Positions 13,429 to 31,855 of a DNA stretch of 64,000 bases are shown in pieces (the stretch's first letter is position 1; each line of letters begins with the position of its first letter). The DNA is taken from assembly GCF_009914755.1 (NCBI RefSeq), contig NC_060926.1; one strand, given 5' to 3'. The position numbers and the translations under genes are program-made. The DNA comes from the human T2T-CHM13v2.0 reference genome, Homo sapiens. A model generated the notes under the pieces. It was not told where the DNA came from. It ran no database searches and saw only the letters and a program-made list of their open reading frames with translations.

Positions 13429-15630
13429 TTGCATCTGGCATTGATTGTTTCTGTGTTACCATAAACTTGCAGAAATACTTGCTTTTCCGCAAGGTAATGA
13501 TAGCAGCACTTCCCCTTGCACTTTTCTAGCACAGTGTAATGAAATGCAATAGAAACCACAGGAAATACTGTGGTCAGGTTTTGAACCTGAGCTATCACCC
13601 TCAACCTGAACACTGTGACAAAGGTACTGTGAATTTTTTTTTAAAAGGGAGGTGACATAGTGAGGAGGTCCTGGTCCTTTTTTAGTGTCAAATCAGCCTG
13701 GGCATGATGAGAAACACCATTGGAGGAAGACTGAGGTACCTGACTCATGGCTGTTGGTTACCAATGCCTCCACTTAAACCCAAACTAAGAAAAAAACAGG
13801 GGGACCCCACCTAGGAGGCCCTCTCAGCTCCCAGAAGCAGTCTGATGGAGAAGGGATGTGATAGGAGGCCTGCCCTTGTGAGAACTGACATATTTCCTAC
13901 ACTTAGCATTTTATTTGGCTCCAAGTTAGGTGACAAGCAGATCCTAAGTGCCTTCTGTTTTCAAAGCCAAGTAGAGATTGCATAACATCTCTATATCTTA
14001 TCCCTAGATGGTTAAAGTACCGATTGCTCTCTCATTTCAGCAGGAAGTGAAGTAAGACCACCTACATTTCTGTAAATTGCCAAGGAAGCTTGCAAAAGGT
14101 ACAGTATGTACCCAAAATAAGTTCATACAGAAAGAAAGTGTGAATGAATAACAGCAGAAAGATATATCCTTTGTTGGATACATTTTATGTAGATATGTGC
14201 TATATGCATCATCTAATATAATCTTCTCAACGACCTTATGTGGTAAGTGCCACAATGATGCCTCATTTTACAGATGGAAAAAATAGAGATGTGAGAGAGG
14301 TAAGTGTTGTGCCCAAAGACACACAGATGCATATGTACACAGGGGACTAAACTGGGACTCAGCTGTCTGCCTTGTCAGACACTTGTGGGCCTCTCCATCA
14401 ACCTGTCTCTTCCCACACACAAAGCGACTTTTCAAAATGACCTATTCACATGTTCTAATTCACTTCCCTTTCTTGTAAGCATTTAAGCCTGCAGCAAAAG
14501 CAGCTGTCTGTCAACTATTTTCTTTTTTTGGGTAAGCCCACATTTACCTGTGCTACCTATGTTACCAAGAATCCCTCTTTTCTCCTTCCATAGTAAAAAT
14601 AGAAGACAGAAGAGTATTTTCTAATTAATCCCAACTCTTCTGCAATAGAAAAGTGGCCCCAAAGAAGTTGAAAGGAAAAGAAAATTGAAAGCTAAAAGGT
14701 TTTGAGATTTGTTAGGAAAACATTTTGACATTACACTGGAGTGGGTCACTGCGAAAACTGATCCACGACTTTTAGTGAAGCTAGAAGCAAGACATGGCTT
14801 GTCCTGGTCTGGAGGTTCTGTGCCAGCCATCCCAGGGAAGGTAGACCCCTATTAGTGAGTCACCTCACTCGGCCCGATTGGCAGCCCAGGCTCCAAGGCT
14901 ACAGCCTAACAGTTTCTCGTAATTGTCAAAGAGCAAATGGCCACATCTAAGCTGGAAATGGTTGCATGAGCTATTTTAGGGTAAACCTTAAGATTTACTT
15001 TGAAAAATCCATTAAAACATCCAAAAACACACCAAAAAAAATCCTCTCTATATTTTTATAGACAGACATGGCATATTCATGAACACAGCCCATGGAAGCA
15101 GTTTCAGATTTCGGATGAGAGACAGCCAACAGGCAGAGGGGTCTAACGTTTGCTGAGAGTGGCAGGCACTTCACAGATGCTGTCTTTACTCTCACAGGAT
15201 TCTCCTTATCACCCTGAAATAACACTTATTCCTGCCACCATTTTGAAATTATCGCCATCAATAAGGTTAAGTGCTTAGTGCAGGGTCACGCTACTGGTTA
15301 ATGGCTAAGTTAGGAGTTGAACCCTAGTCTCTTTAACTCCCAAATCCAACCTCTTTCCACTGCGTGAACTTGGTCTCCTCTGAATATTCGGTGGGTAAAG
15401 AAGTCCTGGACACAGATCACTCTCCCTCCCAGTGGTTGTGGTCTGGATGCAGCTTCCAGGGGACTGGACAAGCTGCTTCCTGAGCGGGCTCCCCCTCCCC
15501 ACTTCCATCCCTCCCCGCAACACCCTGGCCCAGGGAATGAGTGAAAATCAGTTGAGATTCCTCTCCTTATTCCCGCACCTGGGCTCAATTTTTTGCCAGG
15601 ATTAGAGCACGCAAGCTCAGTGCTCTCAAT

Positions 15631-15649
15631 TGGACACTAGGGGGCGCCC
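15631..15649 (+). promoter_or_regulatory. CTCF-binding motif
   Basis: TGGACACTAGGGGGCGCCC vs consensus TGGCCACCAGGGGGCGCTA; retained CpG. Confidence 0.7.
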
Positions 15650-17622
15650 TATGCCCACAAAATACCTGGGATCCCAGTAAGCGTCCCGCAGCCCCTGTTT
15701 GGTCATATTGGAAAGGAACAAGTCCGTCCTCTAAGAAGTTTCACTTAAATGGACCAAAATCTACCATGGTTTGAAAGAAACCTGGTTAAATTACTGGGAT
15801 TATCTAGTAGGCAAGCTGTTTTGGACAACCTAAAGCCAACATACTCCTAGTTCAGTAGTGCTATGACAATACTGAACATATAAAAGGACAGGTCCCCACT
15901 CCACTGTCTGATGGAAAACCGCCATCCTCGCAGCCCAGCCATTGCTAAGGTCTAGGATAACCCGGAGTAACCAGAACACAGTCGATCAATGATAAACGTA
16001 ATAAAAAGCCAATTGATCAAAAATACTCCAAGGTATACAAGAAAAATAGCCCCCATATCCAAAGCGCTGCCCATCTCCCGCGCCTCAGTTCGCTGCATTT
16101 GTTCACCTTTGTGGAGAGGGAACAGGCATGGGTGAAGTTGGCCACTTGGAGAAGCTGTTGTTTGTTGCACCCAGGAAGCCCAGAGAGCAGCAGAAAGAAG
16201 GAGCCGTGTGCTGTCATTTGGTGAAGCCTAGGGCAGAGGCCCCAGGTGCCCGCCTCTGCGCTGAGGCCTTTCAAAGCTGTGCTCTTGGCAACAGCCTTTG
16301 AAATAACTGGGTGCTGGCAACACAGGCTTGGCATTAATATGCAAATAAGAATACTTCAGGCTCCCACTTCATGCTTTTGGATCGTTTTAAAAATCCAGCC
16401 ACTTACCATGACTAACATAAAATAAAGGGGAAAAAAAAAGTGGTACGACCTTCGCTTGGTTTCTCCCACCGACCTCCTTGTGCTGGAGCCAAGCACTTTT
16501 CAAACCAGAGAGAGATAGGGCTGGGTCAACTAGAAGCAGGGACCGCTTAGGGCTAAGGATATTTTCACCTCCCCTTTCTAACAAAAGCTTTGGGATGAAT
16601 AATAGGCACCACTCAGCTCCATCAATCAACCTCAGTTGCTCTATTTTCATTGCTACCGAGATGTATAAAAAGCTAAAGTTTGCTACAAAGCCCCCATCGA
16701 GGCCTTCAGGAAATCCCGGGGAAGCTTACTGCGGGGATGGCTGTGAGCTTGCCAGGCGGCGATTGTGCACATCGTTTCCTTACAGCCTCCTTCCTGCCGC
16801 TCTGCCTTCCGTGCCTCTTCCTTTGTTTGGCTGCTCGCCTGAGATGGGCCTGCAAGGAGACGCCCCAGAGGCAAGCACGTCTCTATAATAAGATGTGACG
16901 CGAGTTTGGGGAATTTGCTGGCTATACATCATTATAAAAACGAATTCTACATCATTATCCGTTGCTTTTCTGAGACAGGAACGTGAGCGGTAAGGCTCTC
17001 CTGTCCCTAGCGCTCTGAGAACAAGGGCAAGCACAGAGCAGGTGTTGACTAGCCAACCTGCCAGTGGCACTAGCAAAGTGCCCTGCCAGTGGGAGAGGGA
17101 CAATCTCAATACAACCTGAATCAGCTGTCAAACTAAGCCTACTACAAACAGCTGAATGGGGAAGAAACAAACAACACTTGTTGAAGTCCTTAGAAGATGA
17201 ATTACATCTGTTTCAAAATTCCTGGCACCCTCTAAGAGGAATCAGAGTTCATGGGCATTTCTTTGCCTTGGTATCCTCAGAGAGCAGGGGACTTCGAGCT
17301 TTTGCTCAGAGAGTAGGGATAGTGCCATGAGATGAAGAGCTGGAAACAGGGGAGAGACTATGTTTTAACTGATAGCACGGAACCAGGAAGAGGTAGCCTT
17401 GCATCAAATGGAATGGGATGACAATACTAACATGGATAAAAAAGAAACCCTCCCAGGTTCCACCTCTGCATGCTGGTAAACAATGACCTCCATGTCCCCA
17501 ATCCACACTCACTCACCTGCACTCTCCATCTCCCAGCCCTTTACTCTCCTGCTCTGACCTCTGGCCTTTCCCTTCATATAAGACACAAACATGCACCTGC
17601 TGCTTCTGTGGACACTACCCCT

Positions 17623-18455
17623 TGATGGGGTTCAGGACATGCTACATCATGTCCATATGGCATCTTATGAGCACAGGGGTTCACACCTATAATCCCAGCA
17701 CTTTGGGAGGCCAAGGTGGGAGGATCACGTGAGCCCCAGAATTTGAGACTAGCCTCGGCAACACAGTGAGACCCAGTTTCTAGAAAAAAATTTAAAAATT
17801 GGCCAGGAATGAGGGCTTGCACCTATAGTCCCAGCTACTTGAGAGGCTGAGGCAAGAGGATCCCTTGAGCCCAGGACTATGAGGCTGCAGTGAGTTATGA
17901 TCATACTACTGCACTCCAGCGTGGGTGGCAGAGTGAGATTCTGTCTCTAAAAATAAATAAATGGCATCTTAGCATTTGAAAAACAACAGAAGCAAGAAGG
18001 TCACTTTCACCTCCCTGCCCCCCAGTCTCTGGAAACCTGTTATAAAACCTAGGAAGGATTTCCTGATCTCCCTCTGAAGCAGGTCATAAGACCTTCATTT
18101 GAGAGTTACCTTCCCTACACTCAGAGAAGAGTTACCAAGGACCCAGAGATGCCAAGAAGAATCTGAACAAACAGGCCTTGCTAAGCTTCCCTGGTTTATT
18201 ACCATTAGATCTTATCTATTTGTTCTCCAATTATCCTTCTCCTTGGATAATCCTTCTCCACTTTCCATCAAACCTAACCATAAAAATACATGTTTCCTTG
18301 TTTCTTTGGGCCTTCATTTCTGACAGCTCCCATGTCACATAACACTTGCATTAAATAAATGTACATGCCTTTCTCTCTTGTTAACCTGCCTTTGTTATAG
18401 GGCCCCCAGTCATGAGCCTAGAGATGGGTGAGAAAAACGTTTTTCCACCCCTGCG
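17623..18455 (+). mobile_element. ERV1 solo LTR (MER34/MER39-like) split by an Alu
   Basis: Starts tgatggggttcaggacatgctac; resumes after the Alu (gcatttgaaaaacaacagaagcaagaaggtcac); AATAAA near 18354. Confidence 0.65.
17668..17960 (+). mobile_element. AluJ-like element with TSD
   Basis: TSD atggcatctta at 17657-17667 and 17961-17971. Confidence 0.9.
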
Positions 18456-19222
18456 TTCTACACAGAAACCTTCTCCAAAGGGTCAACACCTTTTAACACT
18501 TTTTGGATTTTATCTTTCCTTATTGAGATGGGGACGGATAGTAGGAGTCACATTTTTTAGGAGGGAAAAGGGAGGCCCAGGGACCAAAGGTGACCTTCCC
18601 AGGAACAATACCAGAGCAACATTGGAGCAGCAAGGTCTTCAGCCCCACGGGCTGACGCTGTTTCCTGATTGAGCAGATGCGCCTGTGGGTTAACTACCCT
18701 TGGCCTTTGTCCTTTCTCCCCGCTCTTGCAGATGAGCTGAGTCATCTCGGTGCCTCGACTCCTTCACTGGACAGGTACTACAACCTCAGGGAAGTAGTGT
18801 TATCAGCATCCCATTTTATAGAGGAAGGAACTGATGCATAAAACAGCCTTCCCAAGATCACACTGTGAATAAGAGGCAGAGGATTGAATAAGGAGGCTTC
18901 AATGCAGAGTCACATCTCTGCAACATGCTCCACACGGTTTCTAGGCCATCTCTGCGATTCAAGGCATGATACAATGGGAAGAGCCCCATAGTAAGGCGTA
19001 GGGGACCTAAGTCTTATTCCCAGTTGGCCAAAGATCAGTGATGTGATCTCACCAAGTTGCCTGTTTTTCTATTTCTTAAATGAGAGATGGAATTAGATCA
19101 GTGGTTTTAACTGTTTCATATAAGAAGACCCATTTTTGTCAATTCTATAGGGTACCCACACGTTGAAAACTATCATCTGTCAAAATAATTGTATTTATTG
19201 AGTAACAATTACTTTGTTTTCC

Positions 19223-19448
19223 TTTTTTTCATGTAATTGTAAGTAGTTTATTTTGTCAGGAGCCAGACCTTATTTTCCCACAAGTTAACATAAGTTCATG
19301 AATTACATGCAACCAAAAGTCATTGCCATTAACCCATGCAGCTTTGTAATTGGCTTTTTTTTCTTTCATTTTAAGTTCAAGGGTACATGTGCAGGTTTTT
19401 TACATAGGTAAACCTGTGTCATGGGGGTCTGTTGTATGGATCATTTCA
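19223..19448 (-). mobile_element. 5'-truncated L1PA-type 3' end plus putative 3'-transduced sequence
   Basis: Minus strand of 19363-19448 is an L1PA 3' terminus (catgacacaggtttacctatgtaaaaaacctgcacatgtacccttgaacttaaaa); two polyA tracts; TSD tttgttttcc(t/a)ttttt. Confidence 0.75.
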
Positions 19449-20334
19449 TTTGTTTTCCATTTTTAACTAATTAAGACAAATGAAAGGTATCAGTTTCAGC
19501 AAGGTCCTTTCTAACTCCTTTTTCTAGATTCCACTCTCTGTTTTTCTGTGTCACATTATTGATTACTTTTCTTTCTTCATCCTAGCCATCATATCTTTTT
19601 AAATAAGTCTACCTGTTTACTTGGTTTTGTCTATCTGGACCTCTAGAAAGTCAACCTCTATATGGGCCAGGAATTCATCTGCCTATTCATCTCTGTATCT
19701 TCCAGGTCTAGCATCAAGTACGTGATTAATTAATTTGTTAATTTGTTGAACTAAAGATTAAACTGACTTACTGGTATTGATGAGCCTGTTAGCTCCTGCT
19801 ATTAAATGGTAAACACATCATTTCAATTTGGCTTTTTAAAGTATTGAAAATAACTTGAAGAACTCCAATTCTGCTTTTTAAGTCTGGAGATTCCATGTTG
19901 GAAATGACGAGATGGAATGACCTCTAAGCTCTCATCTGTTTCTGAAATTTCACAATCCAGTGGTTTCTTTTGCAAAGCTGACTGGGGAGATTCTGTGAAG
20001 GCTGGGCACTAGACAGTGTTCTTCCCCGCAGAAGCAGTTCACAGGGAGTCGAGGATGCTCAGGTGCCATCTGACTCCAGACACGGTGATCCTCAAGGCCA
20101 GGTAGCTTAACTGCACTCATAATGCAGAGACTCCTAGGCAGCAAAACTTTTTTCCCCTTGCTGGTGAAAAGTCAACTTCCTGTGCCATTGCTAACCTACA
20201 CCCTTTCTACTCAGTTAGTGTACAGATTATAGAAGTGTGTGACTTTCTTTTCACCCTCTCATTCAGAGAAAGATGCTTGGATATGTCCCTTTATGAAGTT
20301 AAGCATTAGTTTTGTAAGACTTCACAAATGTTCT

Positions 20335-20670
20335 GGAAAGCTATGCATGTAGCTGTAAAGATGGGAGGAAGGGAGGATAGGGCAAAAAGAAGGGCTGAAT
20401 TGTGGTGCAATTGCCATGGAGGCCTCAATCAATCCCATAGGACACTCTGAAGCTGGGAATGATCCTTCCGAGTTGTCCCAAACTGACATGAAGATCAAGC
20501 CATTGGCTCACCACATCAGCCTGACCTTGGCCTTGATTGCCCTCGTAGCCTAGAGTGAGGCAGCATCCTGGCTGAGGGCAAGTCCATCGAGGAGCACAGC
20601 TGTGAGCTCTCCGCAGCTGGGAGATGGGAACACAGGCCCTGGTGAGGAATCCAGAAGGAGCATCATGGTA
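20335..20670. mobile_element. Old ERVL-type LTR remnant (LTR16-like)
   Basis: ggcctcaatcaatcccataggacactctgaagctgggaatgatccttccgagttgtcccaaactga resembles ERVL LTR consensus text. Confidence 0.45.
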
Positions 20671-20872
20671 TGTCTCTAAATTTCATCTGATGCTGCTATC
20701 ACGTTCTAGCATGCTTGATTTGTGAGAATTGAACAGAACAATTTGCCGAGCCAGGACTGTGTTGTATTTAGCAAAGGATGAATTAACCTACAAATAAAAA
20801 TGACCTGGCCCTCCATGAACCAGGTTTTCTAACAGGGCAACCACTCCAAAAAGTAAGTACTAGAGGAGTGAT

Positions 20873-22770
20873 GCCACCACAGGCTTGGGAGTAAAAGTCC
20901 CTCAGAATTTCCAACTGTTGGAAGAACTGGAACAAGGTTAGAAAGGAGTAGGTGATGGCACAGGTGGCTGGGGTGTAGAAGACGATGAAGACATGATACT
21001 TACAAGATGGACAGAGATGGTAACTGGGCCTCCAAGAACAACTGATGAAAACCGAATATACAGCCTTAAAATAAAATGTGGACCTAAATACCCAGAAGGA
21101 CCCCACTTTGTAAGATTTTTCACAAAAATTAATATGAATGGAGTTAAGAGTTCTAATGGAGTGGTAGACCAAGAGCCATATCAGTGCTAGCAAAATGGCA
21201 GAATTCATAGAGCATCAAAGTGGTTCTGCTGGTGTGAGTTGACTGAAGGATACAAAATAAATTTAAAAAATAAGAGATACAAAGTTGTTCTGCAAGAGCT
21301 TTAGCACCTAATGATGTCTAAAGAAAATATGAAACTCCCTCAGCCACCTGAAGGACACTGTTACAGCAGTTAATCAAAAAGTAAAACCACAGGGCCTTCA
21401 CCTTTTCCCTCATTCAACTGAAGCAGTCTTCATTTTCCACAGTAGTAAATTTTCTAGGTACATCTTGTAGACCTGAAAGTACTGGAAAGAAAGCTTCCAT
21501 TCAAAGGAAATTTATCTTAAGATATTGTAAATGATACTAATTTTTTTGTCCATTTGAAATATATAAGTTGTGCTATAATAAATCATCATGTCAAGTGTAA
21601 ATACTGTCCACGTAGTTGAGCTTCTGGCATCAAGAAAATCTATTTAAATTGATTCCTGTCATAACTGGTGGGACACATCTAACTCAGCTGTAAAAAGACA
21701 CATCACACAATCACCTTGCTGCTGATGACATGGCCTGGGGTCTCTGCCTTCTCCCACTTCCCCTCCCTCTCCCCTCTCTGCAACAGCCCTCTAGCCTGAG
21801 GGCTGCTTGTTAGAGTAGACGTGATGATTTAGGGTTGCAGCCTGTGGAACTACTGCTGGGTATGTGAGGAGCTTTGCCTGCATCCCTGGTCTTTTTCTTT
21901 AAGCCTTAAATGATGCCGCTTCCAAGCCATCCTCTTGTCCCCACACTCCTCCATTCCCACCCTTGGCCAGAGCATAGATTGTAATCCCTCCGCTCGCCTG
22001 TGGTGAAGAATTCAGGGATTTCCCCATATCTTCTCTCCCCCACTTTATCGAGGGGTGCTGTTTTTTCCTCCCCCTCCTCAAGTCCCTTTTTGCACTGTCA
22101 CCACCCAATACTTTCCATGACATTTCCTTGCTTTGGCCAGAAGCCAGGTAAAGTTGGAACAAGTCTCTGACCTCCCTGGTTTAGTTTTGGAACTGCATTT
22201 ATTCACTTGCCACCAGCCTGGGAAGTAAATATTAGGTCCTCAGCCCTGCCACCCTCTGCTATCATCATCAGCTGATGAGTTTTTTTGGCTCAGATTTCGA
22301 TAAGCTGAAAAGAACAGTCAACCAGGGTTACTCAGACCTGCCAGCTCTCAGAGTCTTTGGTGGCTAAACTTGGAGAAAGACCTCATGAAGACACTTGTAA
22401 GCACACATGATCCCTCTGAATTATTTTCTTTTGCTTTCATTTCTTCTTCAACTTTTAAAAATTGAAGAAGTTTTAAACAGGGCTCTCATCTGGTCATCCT
22501 TGCAATCCACTGGGGTCTCGTTTGGAATCTGGCAGCTGGAACATAAAGACCCTTGAATTCAGCGCATCCTTTGGTTTTGGTGGTGCTGCGTCTCAAAATC
22601 CTCAGCAGGGATTAAGAAAGCACTCAGTGTGCGCAGCAGATCCTGGAAATTGGTGGGCTTGACTTCTGGCAAAGTGCTGCATTTTTCCACTTTCTGTTCA
22701 GGACCACTAAATGCTGAAATGTGGATGCATACCAAAATAAAAGAAATTCATTGTGTACTGAAATAAAACA
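20873..22770 (+). pseudogene. UBE2V1P6: UBE2V1 (UEV1A) processed pseudogene with full 3'UTR; probably UBE2V1P6 (symbol tentative)
   Basis: Intronless [74 protein letters not shown]...MMSKENMKLPQPPEGHCYSS* with in-frame stops, a frameshift and an insertion; ~1.4 kb UTR, AATAAA near 22736, decayed A tail; degenerate TSD aaaag..ctagagga (20848-20867 / 22770-22788). Confidence 0.93.
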
Positions 22771-23610
22771 AAAAGCAGCCCTAGAGGAAGGTTTCCTAAC
22801 ACTCCTATCTCTCTCTCTCCTCCCACCACTTACCTTCTTTCTTTATCTTTTCCTCTGCTCTGTTAGTTTTATTCTTGAGCTCAGCTGTCAGAGGCAGCCT
22901 TTGATGGATGTGTGGTTGGTCCTTTCAGGCCCCCTGGAAAAGAAGGCTGAGGGGACAGGGAGGGATGAGGCTTGGATGATAAGTGAGGAAAGGAAGGGGG
23001 GAACTTAGAAGGATGGAGGGATGGGAAGGAGGGGAAGTCCTCTTTTTGAGTCAATAGAGTCAGAATCCTTTTCCTGACCAGAAGCACACATGTGATGGCT
23101 GTTTTAAGTGGAAGGAAATGACCCAGTCTTCTGAGGATACAGAATTTAAAGCTGAGTGAGGTGGTACCCAAAGTTCTGTATTGCAGAAAGGGAGGCATTC
23201 TGATCTTGCAGATGAAAGAGACATTTCTCTGATATCAAACATTAGCACAGGAAATGTGTCCTGGGTTGTTTCCATTTGTCTCTACAGACCAATTTATCAC
23301 CTGAAGAATTAAACTTACATTCAATGCTAGAAAGGTCAGGGGTGGTTGAAATTGTACTGGCCCTGACTTCATGAGCTGGCTTTTCAGACCTCATAGGAAC
23401 CTTGCCCATACCCCTTTAGATGGTCTCTACTTGCTTCTTCAACTCATTGACTAGTGAGCATTGCATGGCTCATGCTGGAATGCAAAGGGGAATTTATTTG
23501 TTTTCTTTTTGTGTGTGTGTAAAGTATACCAGTTATTCAGATTCCAGGGAATAGCCATTGAAGAAATCTATTCTAAATGTTTTATTTCAAGACCGACTTA
23601 TTTATACAAT

Positions 23611-24118
23611 TGTTACCAGATGGAAGGTCTTGACTGTGAGTTGTCCAGGTTCTTAGCACTTTGAACAAAGAACTGAACAAAATGCACAAAGCGACAAAAG
23701 AACGAAGTAACAAAAGCACAGATTTATTAAAGCAAAAGTACTTTTCACAGAGTAGGAGCCTGTAGGAGCTCTTGTAGGAGCGGGCTCCAGCAAGTGGTTC
23801 AAGAGCTTCCCCTCCCATTAAGATTTTTATTAAGATATTTATTAATTTTTATTCAGTTTGGTAACACCCCTAGGTGCCCTTTAGAGGCCTCCAGTTGGTC
23901 ACACCCTATGAAGGATTGGCCTGTGACCAATCAGTGGCTGAAGTGGAGACTTGGCTCATGGTCAATTAGAGGCTGAAGTGGAAACTTCTGTCTTGTTATC
24001 TCAGGAGCTAGGATGTATGCTGTATGCTGCTTAATGTTGCCTAGAACTGGCTGCACCTGCTGTTCTTTTGCTTCTGCCTTAACCCTTGGTTACCCTAATT
24101 CCCAATTCTCCTGCCTCA
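23611..24118 (-). mobile_element. ERV1 solo LTR (MER51/MER61-like) with 4-bp TSD
   Basis: TG...CA ends; minus strand starts tgaggcaggagaattggg; TSD CAAT at 23607-23610 and 24119-24122. Confidence 0.8.
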
Positions 24119-26117
24119 CAATGACTCACACGTTTGACAGTTACCCTTTCTCTTTCAAGGAGGCATGAGAAAACCTCTAATTAGATCCATGGAGGCTGTG
24201 GTCACAAAGAAAGCCCCCAATTCACACACAACCCGTGATTCTCAGCCTTCCTGCCCATCTTCACCCTTCCCTCAGCTTGGGGGATATCTAGGATCTCTTG
24301 AGAATCTATAAACTAAGAAGACAAAGGGGAAGAAGTTGAGGAAATCAAGAACAAGTTGGGACCACTAAGCCTACCTTTTTGACCCCATCTGTGGTGGGGG
24401 CTGGGAGTTGTGGAGTTCTGGCTCCCAGGTGATCAGGCCTTGTGGTAAGGACAAGGTCTCTGATTGTAGGGAGCCTGGCGTGGAGTCCTAGTCTCACGAC
24501 TTAACCTGCTATATTCTTGGGGTATGTTATTTAATCTCTTGGCACCTAAGTTATTTTACTGAATAAAATGGAGATATGATAGTACTAGCTCTCAAGCTTA
24601 GTATGAGAACTAAAGGAAATAATGCATTCAAATGCAAGCCCCACGAGATTAGGGATGTTTATTTCATTTGCACTATAACCCCTGATGCCCACACCAGTAT
24701 TCTTGGTGCTCAAATATTTGTTGAGTGAATGATGTAGGTAAACCACTTAACGTAGGGCTGGAACACAACCCATGCTCACAGCAACATAGTGGATGTTTTG
24801 CCAGAGATGCTTACTGCACTCTGCTTCTAACCTAATCCGACGTCCGCCAACAGTCCTTGTATTTGGCTCTGTCATGCAGAGTTGTGCAGGGGAACTGTGG
24901 GATCATGGTGGCAGCTAGATACTTAAGGTTGGTGCTTGGAGCCTGCTGAGGAGTGGGCCCAGCCTGGGTGGGGTGCCAAGCTGATGAATTTCACACAGCA
25001 GGGGTCCTGGAATGTTTGAAGAGAGGCTGCTGGGTGCTGGCAAAGGGGTCCATTGGGGAGCTGGCAGGAAGCCAAAGATCCAACATGCTTGGTTTGTTTC
25101 AGGAACTTTCCCAGGACTGGCCCAAGACCCAGGAAAGGAGGACGTTTTCTTTTTCTTTTTTCTGTATTCTCTTCCTTCCTGACTGTGTGACTTTCTGTTG
25201 CCAAACCACAGAACCAAGCCTCAAGCAATGAATTCTACAGCTGGGCTACATTTTGGATTGGATGTGCTCTTGTTAGCTGGAGAGAGAGCTGAACTATAAG
25301 TTGACACATTGTTTCTATGAGAAATTCATTCTCAATTCCAAACAGATGATTAATGGCCAAGGTCTCAGAATGAAATCCATTCTGTCCCATGTCCTGGAAT
25401 CCAGACAAATCAGGGTTTGTCTTGGTGTATGTGTGGGAGGGGCACTAGGGAGTTCTGTTTGCATAATAAAGACCTCATAGGACCCCCAGAGAGGAGTCAA
25501 GGTAGACTATGAGACAAACAGCCCCAGTGCAGAAAATTCTTAAACAGATTGGAAGGCCAAGGATACTTTAGCTCCACAACACTGCAAAAAGTGTTCCAGC
25601 AGGGGAAAAGCTCTACTAAAGAGTGTGTGTGTATGCACTGGCTTGTCTGAAGACACTCTATTGAGAGTAGCCCTCTAAGTATTGTTCAAATTCCCTCCCA
25701 GGAAGATCTTAAGCAATCCAGTGGCACCGTCCCAGGGAAGGAAGGATACAAAACCAGCAGAAAAGGCTGAGGAAAGATGTGTAGCACTAGTTAAACCCAG
25801 AGAGGGAAGTCCCCTTTCAGTCATCTCGTCAAAGATTTATCATGCTGGTGGAAGAGTTCTCTCACCTCACCAAGAGGAGCGACTTCGACATGTCAGTATT
25901 GGGGATGGGGAGAAGACTGACCATTCAGCAGCCAAGGACTGACCTGCTCACCCAAGGGGAGGAGCCCACAAGTAGTGAGCCAGGACTATGGGTGCCCACA
26001 GACTCATCACTGCCAGGAGGACACAGAACACCCACCCCACCCAGTGCCACCTGAATGTAACCCTCTTAGCTTGTATTATTTGGGAGAACTGGAGCTATTC
26101 TTATAAAAACACTCCTA

Positions 26118-31855
<5,738 letters not shown>

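Noticed and set aside
16478-16888. 136-aa ORF and overlapping ORFs in the GC-richer block
   Set aside because: No recognisable domain, non-ATG start and no splice structure; expected by chance in GC-rich DNA.
20993-21190. 65-aa UBE2V-like ORF
   Set aside because: Fragment of the disabled processed pseudogene, with an upstream stop and downstream frameshift.
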